A stretch of DNA of 64,000 nucleotides from Octopus sinensis (taxonomy: Eukaryota), in contig NC_043003.1 of assembly GCF_006345805.1 (NCBI RefSeq), forward strand, positions 69,998,001 to 70,062,000, read 5' to 3'. Shown one piece after another: positions 35,933-49,847 of this stretch (position 1 is its first letter; every line of letters starts with the position of its first letter). The translations under genes were made by a program, and so were the position numbers. A model generated the notes under the pieces. The model was not told the DNA's origin. It was given only the letters and a program-made list of their open reading frames with translations, and ran no database searches.

Positions 35933-38772
35933 AATTGAAGATAGAAAAATAGGCAATGGGTGTATATGCATATTTTAAGAGTTATTGCTCTTTATTCAGT
36001 ATTACGTCCAACCCGTTAACCATCCACGAACACATTGCTACCAAATATCAACTAAGTCTATCAGTATAAAACTATTGGATAGAACAATTTACATATTTCT
36101 TGCTAGTAGGGACACATATTGCTACTTGGTATTACATTATGGCTGTCAAACAAAATATGGTGTCCCTACCAGCAACTAATATTAATTGAATACAGACCTT
36201 TACCATCACTGTTCACTCTTACTTCTTCTCTCAGATGTCTTGTCTTTTACCTGTATTTTTTTTTTCTTATAATGCCCCTCTCATTCCACATCTCCCTGTC
36301 TTTCCACCTCCCTGCTCTGCATAATAACTCTGGGCTTTTAACGTTTCTTCCGATTACTTCTTTTCCTGTCTGATACATTTATAGAACTTGAATCTAGTCG
36401 ACTGACTTTTTATCAGACCGCTTCAATTAATTAATAGAACCCTTTCGTATACATCACATTTGTCTCTTCCAATATATCACATCTATGTAACACAAAACAA
36501 ATATTGCAGAATTGCTGTTGGAATGTCTAGCATTTTAAATGAACTTCGAATTAATATTCTAAAGTATATGATCAATTTTACTGATGTTTTGCTAGAATAA
36601 CTCTGTTGTACAAATATTGACTTTACATTTTGGCAACAGTTTTTAGTCTTTTTCAGACTAAGACATGTAGTGTACCATGTACTTTTCTGTAGGTGGCAAG
36701 CTGGTACAGTTGTTAGCACATCCAACAAAGTGCTTAGTAGTATTTCTTCTGACTCTTTGCATTCTGAGTTCAAATCCTGCCAAAGTCAGCATTGCCTTTC
36801 ACACCTTTGGGTTTGATAAAAATAAAGTACCAGTCAAATACTGGGAATCGGTGTCCTTCCTCTCAAAATTGCTAGCTTTGAACCCTGTAATGAACAGGTA
36901 TCCTGTTCAGGGGGAATGAAGTCACTTATACACTATGGAAATCAGGTAAACCAGTTTTATGAGTCCTAGAACTTGAGAAGAAATATGTACATTTACTTGT
37001 GTGTGTATGTGTGTCTTTACCGGCACTCCATTGTTTACGACGGAGAGTGTTCCAGTTGATCTGACCAACAGAACAAGCCTGCTTGGGACATTAATGTGCA
37101 AGTGGCTGAGCACCCTCCCCCACACATATATACTACTCAGGGAGATTCAGCATGACATACAATGTGACAAGACTGGCCCTTTGAATTACAGGTACAGTTC
37201 ATTTTTACCAGCTGAGTGGACTGGAGCAGTGTGAAGTAAAGTGCCTTGCTCAAGAACACAATGCACCACTAATAATCAAACTCACAACCTCACGATCATG
37301 AGTTGAGTACCGTAATCACTAATCCAATCACCTTCACTGGGCATGTCTATATCTACATAAACACATACACAAGTTACAGAGGCAGTACACATACTAGAAG
37401 CAGAAACCAACCACACGCATTCCCTTAACAAAATATGAATTGGAAAACAACCACCCATTCCCCAAAACCATTTTATCATAATACAAGGATAAAGATAACG
37501 GAAATGATACAGAAATCTGACCACACAATGCAGGTAGTGCACTATAGTGTATTGCACAACAGTATATGGTATAATACAATTTAATTGACTAATTTGTGTT
37601 GTATACATGTGTGTGTGTGTGTGTGTAAGACACATCTAATGAACTGAATGGATGGTAGACTGACTGGCAACACGATCAAACAGGCTGGTTATATGAATGA
37701 ATTGATAAGGGAAAGAGATGGCAATGAAACAGATAAGTAAAACCAAAATAACACACACACGCACGCATTGAGATGCATATATATGCACATGTACATGTGT
37801 GCATAATGAAAATGAAAACTGTGATAGAAGCATGCTCACACACACTCGCACATGCATACATGAATACTGACTGCTGTATACAGAGGTATGTATGGCACCT
37901 CAGCCAAAATTGCATATAGAAGCACGTATCTGCATATTCAAACACACACCAATATGAAACACGAAGGGAAGCGTTTGCATTTTACAGAGCTTGTATAGAG
38001 AGAGTGTAGGAGGTCAGTGAAAGGTCACATTAGCGTGACAAAAGGCTTTATGTAACTAATTAATCAGTTGATTACGAAACAGAAGTGAACCAGAACCAGT
38101 GCTTTTTTTGCTTTTTGCTATTACACAGAATGACCCTCCCAAAGTACATGTACACACACACACATATATCATCACCATCATCCTTTTAACATCTGCTTTT
38201 CTATACTCACATGGGTCAAATGGAATTAGTTGGGGCAGATTTTCTACCATCAGGTGTCCTTCCTGTCACCTGCTTTCATCTGTTTCCAAGCAACATAATA
38301 CTTCTATAGATATGTTTTTCACGGAAGACTGGAAACAAACAACACTGCTTGTATAACAGTGATGCTCATTTACAACCATCACATGATGTCAAGACAAGGA
38401 TACACACACACACACTCACACACACAATATAGCATATAATATAGTGTAAAATTGAGAAGGTACTTTAGTCTTGTCATGACTCTTTATTCTTTAGTCATGA
38501 CAGCCTCTCTAGTGCTGGTGCCATGATAAAATACATCCAATAAACTCTGTAAAGTGGTTGGTAATTAGAAGGGCAGCCATTGAAAACAGCTGATGATTAA
38601 GATCATCATCATCACCATCATCATCTTACATTACCTTTCCTCATTGTATTTTCTATTTTCAGCATGATTGTGTGTAATAATAAATTTGTATGAGATAAAA
38701 TGATTTTGTTTTCTTTCTTTTTTTCTTTTAATGTTGTGATTTAATGTTTGTTTTGTTTTGTTTTGTTTGTAG

Positions 38773-38966
38773 GGTTATCTCTTTATCACAGTGCTCATCA
38801 GTGCTGGCAGTGACCTCATGAAATTGGTCATTCAGTCAATCAAGAACGACCTTAACAGCCGCAACCCAGTACATGTTAACCTAGCTTTACAGTGCGTTGC
38901 CAATATTGGCAGCCGAGAAATGGCAGAAAACTTGGGGACGGAGATTCCACGTTTACTCGTATCGGG
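38773..38966 (+). CDS. AP2A: AP2A exon 4 (194 nt)
   Basis: tttgtag|GGT TAT...TCG GG|gtcagt; GYLFITVLISAGSDLMKLVIQSIKNDLNSRNPVHVNLALQCVANIGSREMAENLGTEIPRLLVSG. Confidence 0.98.
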
Positions 38967-39635
38967 GTCAGTCATTTTCCACTCTTTCTTAACTCTCTTT
39001 AAATGTATGAGTTTATTTTTTTTTAACCAAACACATCATTTCAAACAAATTTAGTCTTTGTTCATCATTAGGTGTTGTATATGTCTATTTGTCTATGCCT
39101 GTCTGTCTGTCTGTGTGTCTGCTGTCTTTGTGTGCCCGTCTGTCTATGTCTGTCTGTTAGAACTACACTAAATTTTTCCGTCCTCTTCAAGAGATTCTGC
39201 CAAACTCTTTATTGGTGGTTAGCTGATTAGAGTTTAGGTTATTCTGTTTCACATTCTATATTTAACTAGCATTCTTGTATCCTTTTTGTGTTACATCTAG
39301 ACAAATCCTTTTTCTTTCCCACACCACCACCAAATTTGTGTGACAGAAATTATTCTAATTTCCTTCCTTTGATCTGATAGTCTACTTCTAATTATTTGTG
39401 ATGTTCCAATAGTCCATTATTAATTAGATCTTACATTCTGTTGCTTGTTTCATGGAAAGTCTTTGTTCTGATCTAAATAATATCTGTTTACATTATTCCT
39501 TGTTTTCTCATTTTCCTTCACAAAAAGAAAAAAACCATTTGTCCATATCATATAAGAACCTGGATTTTACTTGTCTATCTTTAGCTATTTAAAAAAGTTG
39601 TTTTTTTTTAATGTATTTTTTGTTTTGTTTTGTAG

Positions 39636-39765
39636 GGAGACTATTGACTCTGTAAAGCAAAGTGCAGCCTTGACATTGCTGCGTTTATTGCGCACTTCAC
39701 CTGACTTGATCCAGATGGGTGAATGGACATCTCGTGTTATTCACTTGTTGAATGACCAACATATG
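39636..39765 (+). CDS. AP2A: AP2A exon 5 (130 nt)
   Basis: tgtag|G GAG ACT...CAT ATG|gtaata; [43 protein letters not shown]. Confidence 0.98.
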
Positions 39766-39790
39766 GTAATAATTTCTCATTTTACTGTCC

Positions 39791-39990
39791 AGCATTTAGA
39801 TTACTCTGTCAAATGTAAAGCTCGTTTATTCATACTATTTTGAATTAATCATGCATTATCTTCAAGGTTTCAGTGACGTGATTGTTTATTTTTAGAATTA
39901 CATAGTAGGGTAGGTGTGACAAGCTGGATCTGGTCAGTTTGGACATTAAACAGATAGAATATATGGGCCTGATATGGTCAGTTTAAATAG
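39791..39990 (+). mobile_element. Decayed CCCTTTAGCATT-family MITE starting ~25 nt after exon 5; another at ~56636-56853
   Basis: agcatttagattactctgtcaaatgtaa...ggtcagtttaaat matches 63116-63331. Confidence 0.6.
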
Positions 39991-41328
39991 ATCTTATGTG
40001 GTCACTGAAGTGTTTTGAGTAGGATTATCACTGATATGCAGTAGATGACTATTGTAATAACTTAACCATCCAGCTCATATATATACATAAGTAAAACTTT
40101 ATTCTCCACCATAGATTTAAACATAAAATCTACTTTTACCAGTTTTGATATGAAAGGACTGTCCTAAATTTGTGTTACTTAAATTATGGTTGGTTCATGG
40201 TACAATTTTGCCAGTTCATCATCATCATCATTGAATGTTTGCTTTCTGTGTTGGTATGGGTTGGACGGTTTGACTGAAAACTGGTAGGCCTGGGAGCTGC
40301 ACCAGGTTCTGATCTGATTTGGCAAGGTTTCTATGGCTGGATGCTCTTCCTAATGTCAACCACTCTGAGAAGGTAATGGGTGCTTTTTATATGCTACTGG
40401 TACGACACCGGCATCAACCATGACTATGATCTCACTTGGTTTGACAGGCCTACACAAGTATAGTATATCATCAAAGGTCTTGGTCACCTGTCACTGCCTC
40501 TGTGAGGCCCAACGCTTGAACAGTGCTTTTTATGTGCCACCGGCATCGGTGCCAATCTGACAGCACTAGCATCAGCCATGACTACAATATCACTTGGCTT
40601 GATAGGTCTTCTCAAGCACAGCATATTGCCCAATGTTTGAAGGGTGCTTTTTATGTGCCAGTTATGCCATACTGGCATTGACCATGACTATGATCTTACT
40701 TGGCTTGATGGGTCATCTGAAGCAGGTATAATGCCAAAGGTCTCAGTCACTTGTCATTGCCTCCATGAGGCCCAAGATTCAAAGATCATTCTTCATCACC
40801 TGTCTTCCTGGGTCTACCTCTTCCTATTAATATAAAATTAATCACCTTATCACAGAAGTAAAATATACAAAATAAATGCATATTTGTTATATACATCATA
40901 ATATATGTCATCCCTTCTTAATTTTTAAAAATATAGTTAATGTGTGTTTTGCCTTTTTGTCTTGCAAGGTACTAGGTGACTCTGTCAGTGATGGTGCCAT
41001 GTAAAAAGCACCATTTCTGATACCACATAAAAAGTGCTGGTGCTGGGGCCACACTAAAGGAACTGATACTGATACCATGTGAAGAGCACCTAGTACACTC
41101 TGAGAAATGGTTGGTGTTTGGAAGGGCATCCAGCTGTAGAAAACATTCCAAAACAGATAACTGGATCTTTGTGCAGCTCTCTGACTTGCCAGTTCCTGTC
41201 AAACCATCCAACCCAACCATGCCAGCATGGAAAACTACCATTAAATAATGACAGTTGAGCATAATTGCTACCCCTCAAAATATTTTGTTGGTTTATGTTA
41301 TTATTTAGATGGAAAATACATGCTTTAA

Positions 41329-41545
41329 CCCTTTCGTTATTGTATTTATTTAGAGATGCTCTGTGTTTCTTTCAGTTACTTTAAATATAACAAAGAATTT
41401 AGTAAAATAATTTAGTTATCATTAAGCTAGTGTTAGGAACATAAATTGTGACTAAGGTTTTGTGGAAGATTTTAATTCAAAACTTATGAAAACAAGACAT
41501 TTGCACTCAGCCAGAGCCGGTTTCGGACGGTTTATAACAAAAGGG
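41329..41545. mobile_element. TTAA-flanked piggyBac-type MITE (217 bp); partial relative at ~62648-62865
   Basis: ttaa|ccctttcgttat ... ataacaaaaggg|ttaa. Confidence 0.8.
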
Positions 41546-42458
41546 TTAATATTCATTGCAAATATTGGGGTGAGTGTAATATCCCTGTGCATCTTTTATG
41601 CTATCAGATCTGTTACTGTCACTGCAATTTGCCTGTCTATGTTCTACTAAAGTTACAGGTAGAAAGGACAATGGATAAAACAACCTTAATGATTTTTAAT
41701 AGTTTGATCACAAATTAGGGGGCAACCAAAAAGTGACTTAGTAAAGACGAAAGTAGGACAGTGAGATGCAACAGGAATGCATTTATTGATAGAGAAAAAG
41801 AGCATTATGTAAAAAAAATGTAAGACATGTTATGGAACAAAAGTAATGAAGAAATAACGTGATCTAAAGTAGAAACAATGTACCGTGACCTTTTATGGGT
41901 CATATCATTTGTGGCATTAGGTTTTAAAAGGTTGAATAATAGTTTACAATATAAAGATAGACTGCATGCAGTTCATTATGCAAGCATCAAAATTTTAAAC
42001 TAAAATTTTTTTATGTCACCAACCTTAAATTGTTATTGGATTGTATATGCTATGAAGGGTGTAATAAATTTTTTATTAAAGGAAAATAAATACTTTTCTA
42101 TAAGCCTTAGTAATTATGCACACACACACACACACACACACCAAAGAAAAGCAATATTTTTCCATTGTGGTGTCTGTTACATATTCCCTGGTGGAAATAT
42201 TACTATGCATGTAGCCAAGATTTTCTGATGCATAATCACATTAAATTACTTAGTAAATTAACTACTGTGTGACCTGACAGCCAATTTCTCGGTTGGAGTG
42301 CTTGCTGTGAGATCTGCTTGATTCTCCAAGTCCAACTTTCTACTTTGTGTGTGTGTATGAGTATAACAAATTACGATCTAATTTATGATCTTAAGTTTTC
42401 TGTTAATAATATTTATAATATCATTTATTAAATTTTCATTTTTGCAATTTATTTTTAG

Positions 42459-42560
42459 GGTGTTGTCACCTCTGCTGCAAGTCTTATTGAAGCTCTTGTG
42501 AGAAAGAATCCTGAGGAATACAAAGGCTGTGTGTCATTGGCTGTATCTCGGTTGAGCAGA
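42459..42560 (+). CDS. AP2A: AP2A exon 6 (102 nt)
   Basis: ttttag|GGT GTT...AGC AGA|gtgagt; [34 protein letters not shown]; missed by the ORF track. Confidence 0.97.
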
Positions 42561-45500
42561 GTGAGTTACTCTTTTCCTTCTTACTTTTTGTGTGTTTCAT
42601 ACAATAGCATTTCACAGTGAAAGATATAATTATTTGCTTGACTGACAGACAAGCTAAAGGAAGGATGCTGCTTCACTCTAAATTCCTGGTGAGTAATTTT
42701 CTGTGAAAGGGATTCTAATTTGGCTAAAATATATTTCTGTTCTCAATGCATTTAAGTACGTTGCTTCATACTGAAAGGTCAACAGTTGGGGATGTATTGG
42801 CTGTAATTATAAGCTATTATTTCTTCAGACTCTAAGAACTCTGAGCTGGCAGAATTGTTCACACATTGGATGAAAGTTTAGTGGCATTTCCTCTGGTGCT
42901 TTACATTCCGAGTTCAAGCTCTGCCACAGTCAGCTTTGCTTTTTATCTTCTCAGTTTTGATAAAATATGTACCAGTCATGTATTGGTGTCAGTGTAATCA
43001 AGATTCCTCCCTCCTCCTCCTATTCCTACTCTGCTGGCTTTGTACCAAAATTTAGAACCAATATTTCTTCAGGCTTTAAGGCAGCAACTGGGCAGAATCA
43101 TTTGTGCATTGGATAAAAACTTAGAATGTAAAGAACCAAAAGAAATGCTGCTAAGTTCAAAGTTTGTTGCCGTTGACTTTTCCTTTCACCCTTCTTTTGT
43201 GGGGTCCATAAAATAATTATGAGTTACCCTTAAAACTAGTGGCCTTGTTCCAAAAATAGAAATGAATTACTTCTTCATACACTTCTATTCCTTTCTCTCT
43301 AATTCTGTTTTCCAATGATAATTCTAAATGATATAAGTTTGAGTGGCTGTGTAGTAAGTAGCTTGCTTCCCAACCACATGGTCCTGGGTTCAGTCCCACT
43401 GTGTGACACCTTGGGCAAGTGTCTTCTACTATAGCCTCAAGCTGACCAAAGCCTTAGGAAGAAACTCATTGTATATATGTGTGGGTTGGGGTTAGTGTGT
43501 GTGTTTGTGTCTGTGTTTGTCCCTACCACCATTGCTTGACTACTGATGTTGGTGTGCTTACATCTCCATAACTTAGTGGTTCAGCAAAAGAGACAGATAT
43601 AATAAGAACTAGGCTTTGTTCAACTAAAGCCGGTGCTCGCTCCAGCACGGCTGCAGTCAAATGACAAACAAATAAAACAATATATATATGTATATATAAG
43701 GCATGGCTGTGTGGTAAGAAGCTTCCTTCCCAACTGCAGAGTTCAAGGTTCAGTCCCACTGCATAGCACCTTGGGTAAGTGTCTCCAACTATAGCCTCAA
43801 GCTGACCAAAGCCTTGTGAGTGAATTTGGTAAGCAGTAACTGAAAGAAGCCTGTCATATGTATGTGTGTGTGTTTGTGTCTGCGTTTGTCCTCCATCATA
43901 GCTTGACAACTGGTGTTTGTGTGTTTACATCCCCATAAATTAGTGGTTCGGCAAAAGAGAGTGATGGAATGAGTACCAGGCTTTAAAAGAAAAATATGTT
44001 CTGTGGTTGATTCATTTGGCTAAAATAATTTCTCAAAAGCAGTGCTCCAGTATGGCTGCTATCTTATGAGTGAAACAGGTAAATGATAAAAGATATACAC
44101 ACACACCTTATAATTTCTCAAGTTTATCACAGAATCACACTTTTATTACTTGCTGCTAAATGACTTTTAGGTTTCGTTAATGCTTTACCAAAAGGTTTCT
44201 CAAATAGATAATATTCCAAGTCAACTGGTGTTGTCAGTACAATGTCTTCTTTCATAAAATTTTTATGGCTTCTCTTTTCTATATTCTCAACCATACCTTA
44301 GCAATGCTCCAGAATTCATTTATTTATTTACATTGTTGTTGCTTAATTTTCATTTTGGCATTATTATAGTTTTTATTACAAGGTACATTAGCTTTAATAT
44401 CTACTGGCATATTATTATGTTGCTATGCTTTGCTGCAAAGAAAATGCTAATACCATTCCAATTCCATTAGTGTGTAACGAAGTTAAGAAAAATAGCTTCG
44501 TTACCAGGGAGTGGGTGGCAAAATATTTGCTAATCCTTCTTTCTGCTTTCATGTGTGTGTGTGTGTGATATGTATCAGTCATTGGACAGTGCCCATGCTG
44601 GGGTACCACTTTTAAGTCCTGTACTTATTGGTCTCTTTTGCGGAACTATTAAGTTACGTGGAACATAAATGAACCAACAACGGTTGTCAAGTGGTGGTAG
44701 GCGACAAACACGTGCACGCACCCACACACATGATAGGCTTCTACACAGTTTCCATTTCCCAGATTCCCTCACACGGCATTGGTCAGCTCACAACTATAAT
44801 AAAGTCGAAGTAATTTTGTTGTTCTTTCTGTTTCACTCAGTCTCCTTTATTGTCTTCTAATATACATTATTAAATGATATAAACTTCATCTTCAATATTA
44901 AACCATCATTTTCCTGCTTTTCTTTTCTCTATAAATAACCTCTTTATTTAATATTTCAATGCAAAGATATATCAAAAGAACACAATGTTTTCAGCAGTTA
45001 TTTCTTCTTCTTCTTTATTTGTTTGTTTTCATAAGCTTTATATATTCTTATTTCATTTGGCCAATTTCATTTAGTTGTTCAATTTTCCTAAGTATAAATC
45101 TAATGGGTTTTTTTCAACATTTAATCTTCTGAGTATTGCACCTCATAAAATAATACAGTTTTTCTTGGCTAATTTTATTCTCCCTCCTCTTTTTCCTCAG
45201 CATTTGTCTGTGTTTCTTTCTCTCTCTCTCTCTCTCTCCTCGTGCTCGCACAAAACTTTCTATGATGACCTATTATTGACCAAATGTATATTATGTTCGT
45301 CTAGTACACTTAATCTACTTATGGCTAAGACAGCATTTTAAAGTTTAGATGCTCAAGAAAAATTCCTTCCTGTGTTATATGATATCTTCAACATCTTAAT
45401 GCCAGTCTATTCTGATAGAGTAAATTTTGCACATCAGCTTGATCATTCCGTTTTAATTTTCTTTCGAGTAGACTATAGACAACAGACCAATCAGTGCTTA

Positions 45501-46820
45501 TGAAGTGAGTGAGTGTACGTGCATGTTAATTGATGTATGTTAGGAATGCATAACGAGCATTTCATTTTATAGAGATGGGAAGCATTTCAGAAGTTGAACT
45601 TAGGAACAAAGAAGTTGTTAACTACGTTTCCTGAAGTGATTAGTCTGGTCGGCTACTCACTTGTCTACAATTCATATCCACCGACTTTATCATCATTATT
45701 TAATGTCCTCTTTTCCATGCTTGTATGGGTCAGATAGAATTTGTTGAGATAGATTTTGTTTCCAAGCAAGGTGATATTCCCTCATGGCCAGACACATTTC
45801 TCATAGAAGACCACCTTTATTTGTATGACAATGATGCTCATTTAAAGCCATCATGTGATGTCTACACAGGCTTACATCCTAACACACACACTCATTCCCA
45901 AACGACACTTATTTTAGTGCTGTTGACACCACTGGATTGAATGGTACTGCCCAGGTGTCGAAACCATAATGATATCTGTGGGACAGCTGATGATGGAAGT
46001 ATGCTGGATTGCTGGTATGGCTGTGGAATAGTATTATAAAAGATCCTTTTAATATATATTTATGTATATTGTTGCTATTGTGCAAAAGGTGTCATAAGTC
46101 CAAAACGTTGCTATTTCAGAAAACGAAAATATAGTTTCACCATTCCATAGCAAAACCATTGTACTACACTTTGACAATTTTTGATATTTTGGTGTCTGAA
46201 GCAACTGGAGTTATGATAGTTTGACCAAAAGGACCAGCTATTGCAAGTAAAAATAGATATTGAAAAACACGCATTTGGTCAAATTTAGCGTAACAGCAAC
46301 AATACACACACATATACACATACACTAGGGAGTGCTGGAAAGTTCCTGGCTTTGGATATAAGAAAATACAGGAGGATCAGTAAATTATGATTTTATTCAC
46401 CATATTCCCCTCTCAGATTCACACACTTGTTGCAGTGGCCCTTCAGTTTTTCTAAACCCTGTAAAAGAACTTGGAAGGTTAGGCCACCAACCAGGCCTTT
46501 CGCAATACCCTTAAAGCCTGGAACTTTTCAGCATGCCCTCATATATATGCATACATACATGATGGGCTTCCACACAATTCCTGTTTAACAAATCCACTCA
46601 CAAGGCTTTGGTCATCCTGAAGCTATAGTAGAAGACACTTGCCCAAGGTACCACTCAGTGGGACTGAACCTAAGATTACATAGCAGGGAAGCAAGTGTCT
46701 TCTACAATAACTCTGTGCCAACCAATGCCTTGTGAGTGAATTTGGTAAAACAGAAACTGTGTTGAAGCCCATTGTGTGTGTGTGTGGATTTGTGTTTGTA
46801 CTTTCAACACTACTTTGTGT

Positions 46821-46863
<43 letters not shown>
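46821..46863. repeat. (TG)n microsatellite
   Basis: Direct reading. Confidence 0.95.
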
Positions 46864-46870
<7 letters not shown>

Positions 46871-47451
46871 AAGAGAGGGGGAAGGGTGACAGAAATAATG
46901 AGAATTAGATTGAACACTAATTGACTGTATCAGATTAAATTCTTCTTTGGATATAAATTCATTTGGCATCTTAAAACATTCCTCTCTTTCAATATTAGAA
47001 CAAATGATTAGATTTTTTTTTTCTGTTTTTATACAAGTTTTGCTTTGCTTCCATTATCTTTACCTTCAATTCCTCTGTTTTTTCCAGTTTAACATAAAGC
47101 AATCGTGCAATCTATCTTGGAATTAATTCTTGCAATGGTTGAATTTTCTTGTTTTTGTTTTCCTGAGGTTGTTCCCATTTTTTTTTTTTAACCATTCTCC
47201 TTTACCATTTCGTTCCATAACTAACTAACTTTGTAATGTTTATTCATTCCTCTGTTGCAGTTTACTTTCTGGAAGAATAGTTAACTAACAAACATACTCT
47301 CTTTCTTCAGATCAATTAATTGTTTCTATTTAGATAAGGCTTTCTAACTAAAATCTTCATTATTAGATTTGTTAAAATTATTCTGTTCTCTATGCTATTT
47401 GTAGCCTCAAAAGATGTAAGATTCTTAAAATTAATTCTCTTGTTACTTAAT

Positions 47452-47456
47452 TATTA

Positions 47457-47505
<49 letters not shown>
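47452..47505. repeat. (TTA)n microsatellite
   Basis: Direct reading. Confidence 0.95.
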
Positions 47506-47506
<1 letters not shown>

Positions 47507-47874
47507 TCAATTGTAATTTGATATGCTTAATTTTGCTTCAAGTTAGTTTATTGATTTTTCTGGATAATGTCGTTGAAGCATATTTGCTTCGAGGTTTGAA
47601 ATTTGAAAAAGAAATACTCAAGACATTTGGGAATTTCACGCTTGTTTAATCTTTGATAACTAACTCTGAAATTGTTAATTTATGGAGACAAATATTTAGT
47701 GAAAATTTCCTCAGTGAAAAGTAAAAAAATATTATTAAAATGATATTGTTATTTTGTTTGTTGTTTTAATTGTCATGGGGCACTCTAAAATCCTTTGGCT
47801 TCCATTTTCTGCCACATCAATAAGAATGTTAGATTATCAGAAAGGTTTCTAAATAAAAGCAAAATAGAAAAGAT

Positions 47875-48345
47875 CATCATCATCATCATCATCCTATACT
47901 GTGTTAGTTTGCAGGGATATTGTCTTGAGGTTTGGTGACAACAAGTCTCCTCAAACCTGAAGAATCTTTAAGATACTTTCAGAATAAAGGATTGCACTTT
48001 TCTGCAGGTTGACATTGCAAGTCCCAATTCCAGTATTTCTCAACCTCTTTGGTAGCAGTTCTGTATTGTGCCAAGTGCACCAATTACCACTGGAATAAGT
48101 ATTGCCATGGTCTTCCACAGCCCCTCTTCATGTTGCTGGCTAGGTCCTGGTATTTCTCAATTTTTTTCCAGTTCCAATCTTTTATCATATGATTTTGTGG
48201 AGTCTATGATTTCACACTTTTTTGTCCCCTATAATCACATCTGGTCTTGTAGTTTCACTTGTATGGTCAGTCTTTATGGGGAAATCCCATAAAATCCTGC
48301 ATTTATTATTCTCCACCATAGCTTCTGGCTCATGTTCTTTCCTCA
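47875..48345 (-). mobile_element. R4/Dong-clade non-LTR retrotransposon 3' end (restriction-like endonuclease), frameshifted
   Basis: HEPEAMVENNKCRILWDFPIKTDHTSETTRPDVII...CEIID...KIEKYQDLA...IPVVIGALGT...LQKSAIL...QV*, then a short UTR and (GAT)n. Confidence 0.8.
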
Positions 48346-49738
48346 TTATTTATGCAGCAAGCAGGCAGAATTATTAGCACGTTGGGCAAAATGTGTAGCA
48401 GTATTTTTTTCCAACTCCTTGTGTTTTGAGATCAAATCCTGCCATAGTCAACTTTGCCTTTTATCCTTCTGGGGCCAATAAAATAAGTACCACAACACTA
48501 GGGTCATTGTAATCCCCCATTGCTGGCCTTGTGCCAAAATTTCAAAACATTTGTTTCTCTCTTCTGGATTTGCCAGTCTTGAGCATGTTTTGCTTTCTGA
48601 TGTCATTTTCTTGATTTGGAGGAAGAGAAGATTTGCATTTTGAATTTTTTTATTCCTCACCTCAGACAATAAAAAAAAAATTTGTAAATATAGTCACAGG
48701 TATGGCTGTATTGTAAGGAGCTTGCTTCCTGACCACATAGCTCTGGGTTCAGTCCTACTGCAAGGCATCTTGGGCAAATTTCTTCTAGTATAATCTTGGG
48801 CCAACCAAATCCTTGTGAGCAGATTTGGTAGATGGAAACTGAAAGAAACCTGTTGTGTATATATATTTGTGCATGTGTGTGTGTGTGTGTGTTTGTGTCT
48901 ATGTTTATCCCTTTCCACTGCTTGACAACTGGTGTTAGTGTGGTTACACCCCTATAACTTAGCAGTTCAGCAAAAGATACCAATAGAATAAGTATCAAGC
49001 ATTAGAAATTAAGCACTGGGGTTGATTCATTCAACTAAAAATTCTTCAAGACTGTGCCCCAGTATGGCCGTAGCCCAGTGACTGAAGCAAGTAAAAGGTA
49101 TGTCATTCATTAAGGTGATGACTCTAATGGTGCTTCTACAAAGGTGAGAGTAACATTTAGGTCTTCAAATGAAAATGCTTTGCATATTTGTTCTAACTCT
49201 TTACTTTCTGAATTCAAATCCTGTTGAAGTCAACTTTGCTTTTCATCCTTTCTGGATGTTTCTCCTGAATTGCTTTCAGCTTTTACAGATAATAACATCA
49301 GTAATTACATACTGGGAGAGATACCACTTGGAATTAATGGCAAGCTATTGATATGGTAACATGTGGTTTGCCCAACATAACTGGAAACATTTGTTCTATA
49401 TTTGTGGTGACAAAGGTTTCTGTCACCTATCTGTGTCATCTGTCTTAGCCATCATCCTGTCTCATATGGCTGGTAAAATTGCTCACCAAATGGTTTTTAT
49501 AGGGAACTGGAAGTCAAAATCTAGAATGTTTGAGAAAATCTGTCCATGCCATTGCTTTACATTGATTGGTTGGTTAATAGACCAATCACATGAAATTATG
49601 ATGGTTTGTTTGTGATCTTTGATGATGTATCCAGGGATTTGGTTTTGAATCGCTGCTACAGTGTCGTTGCCTTTTTAAAATTTTGATTTGCTTTTAATCT
49701 ACAAACTGTATCAAATGCTTTCGTGTTTATCATTACAG

Positions 49739-49847
49739 ATTGTTACTTCATCATACACTGACCTTCAGGATTACACTTACTATTTTGTTCCTGCACCTTG
49801 GTTATCAGTGAAGTTGCTAAGGCTGCTACAGAATTATCCTCCTCCAG
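49739..49847 (+). CDS. AP2A: AP2A exon 7 (109 nt)
   Basis: ttacag|ATT GTT...CCA G|gtaacc; [36 protein letters not shown]. Confidence 0.98.

Noticed and set aside
42277-42285. acagccaat complementary to exon 6, a possible editing-complementary sequence
   Set aside because: Only 9 bp, within chance expectation.
45955-46000. GAAAC upstream of CTGATGA (type II hammerhead order)
   Set aside because: Stem II barely pairs and there is no NUH triplet in register with stem I.
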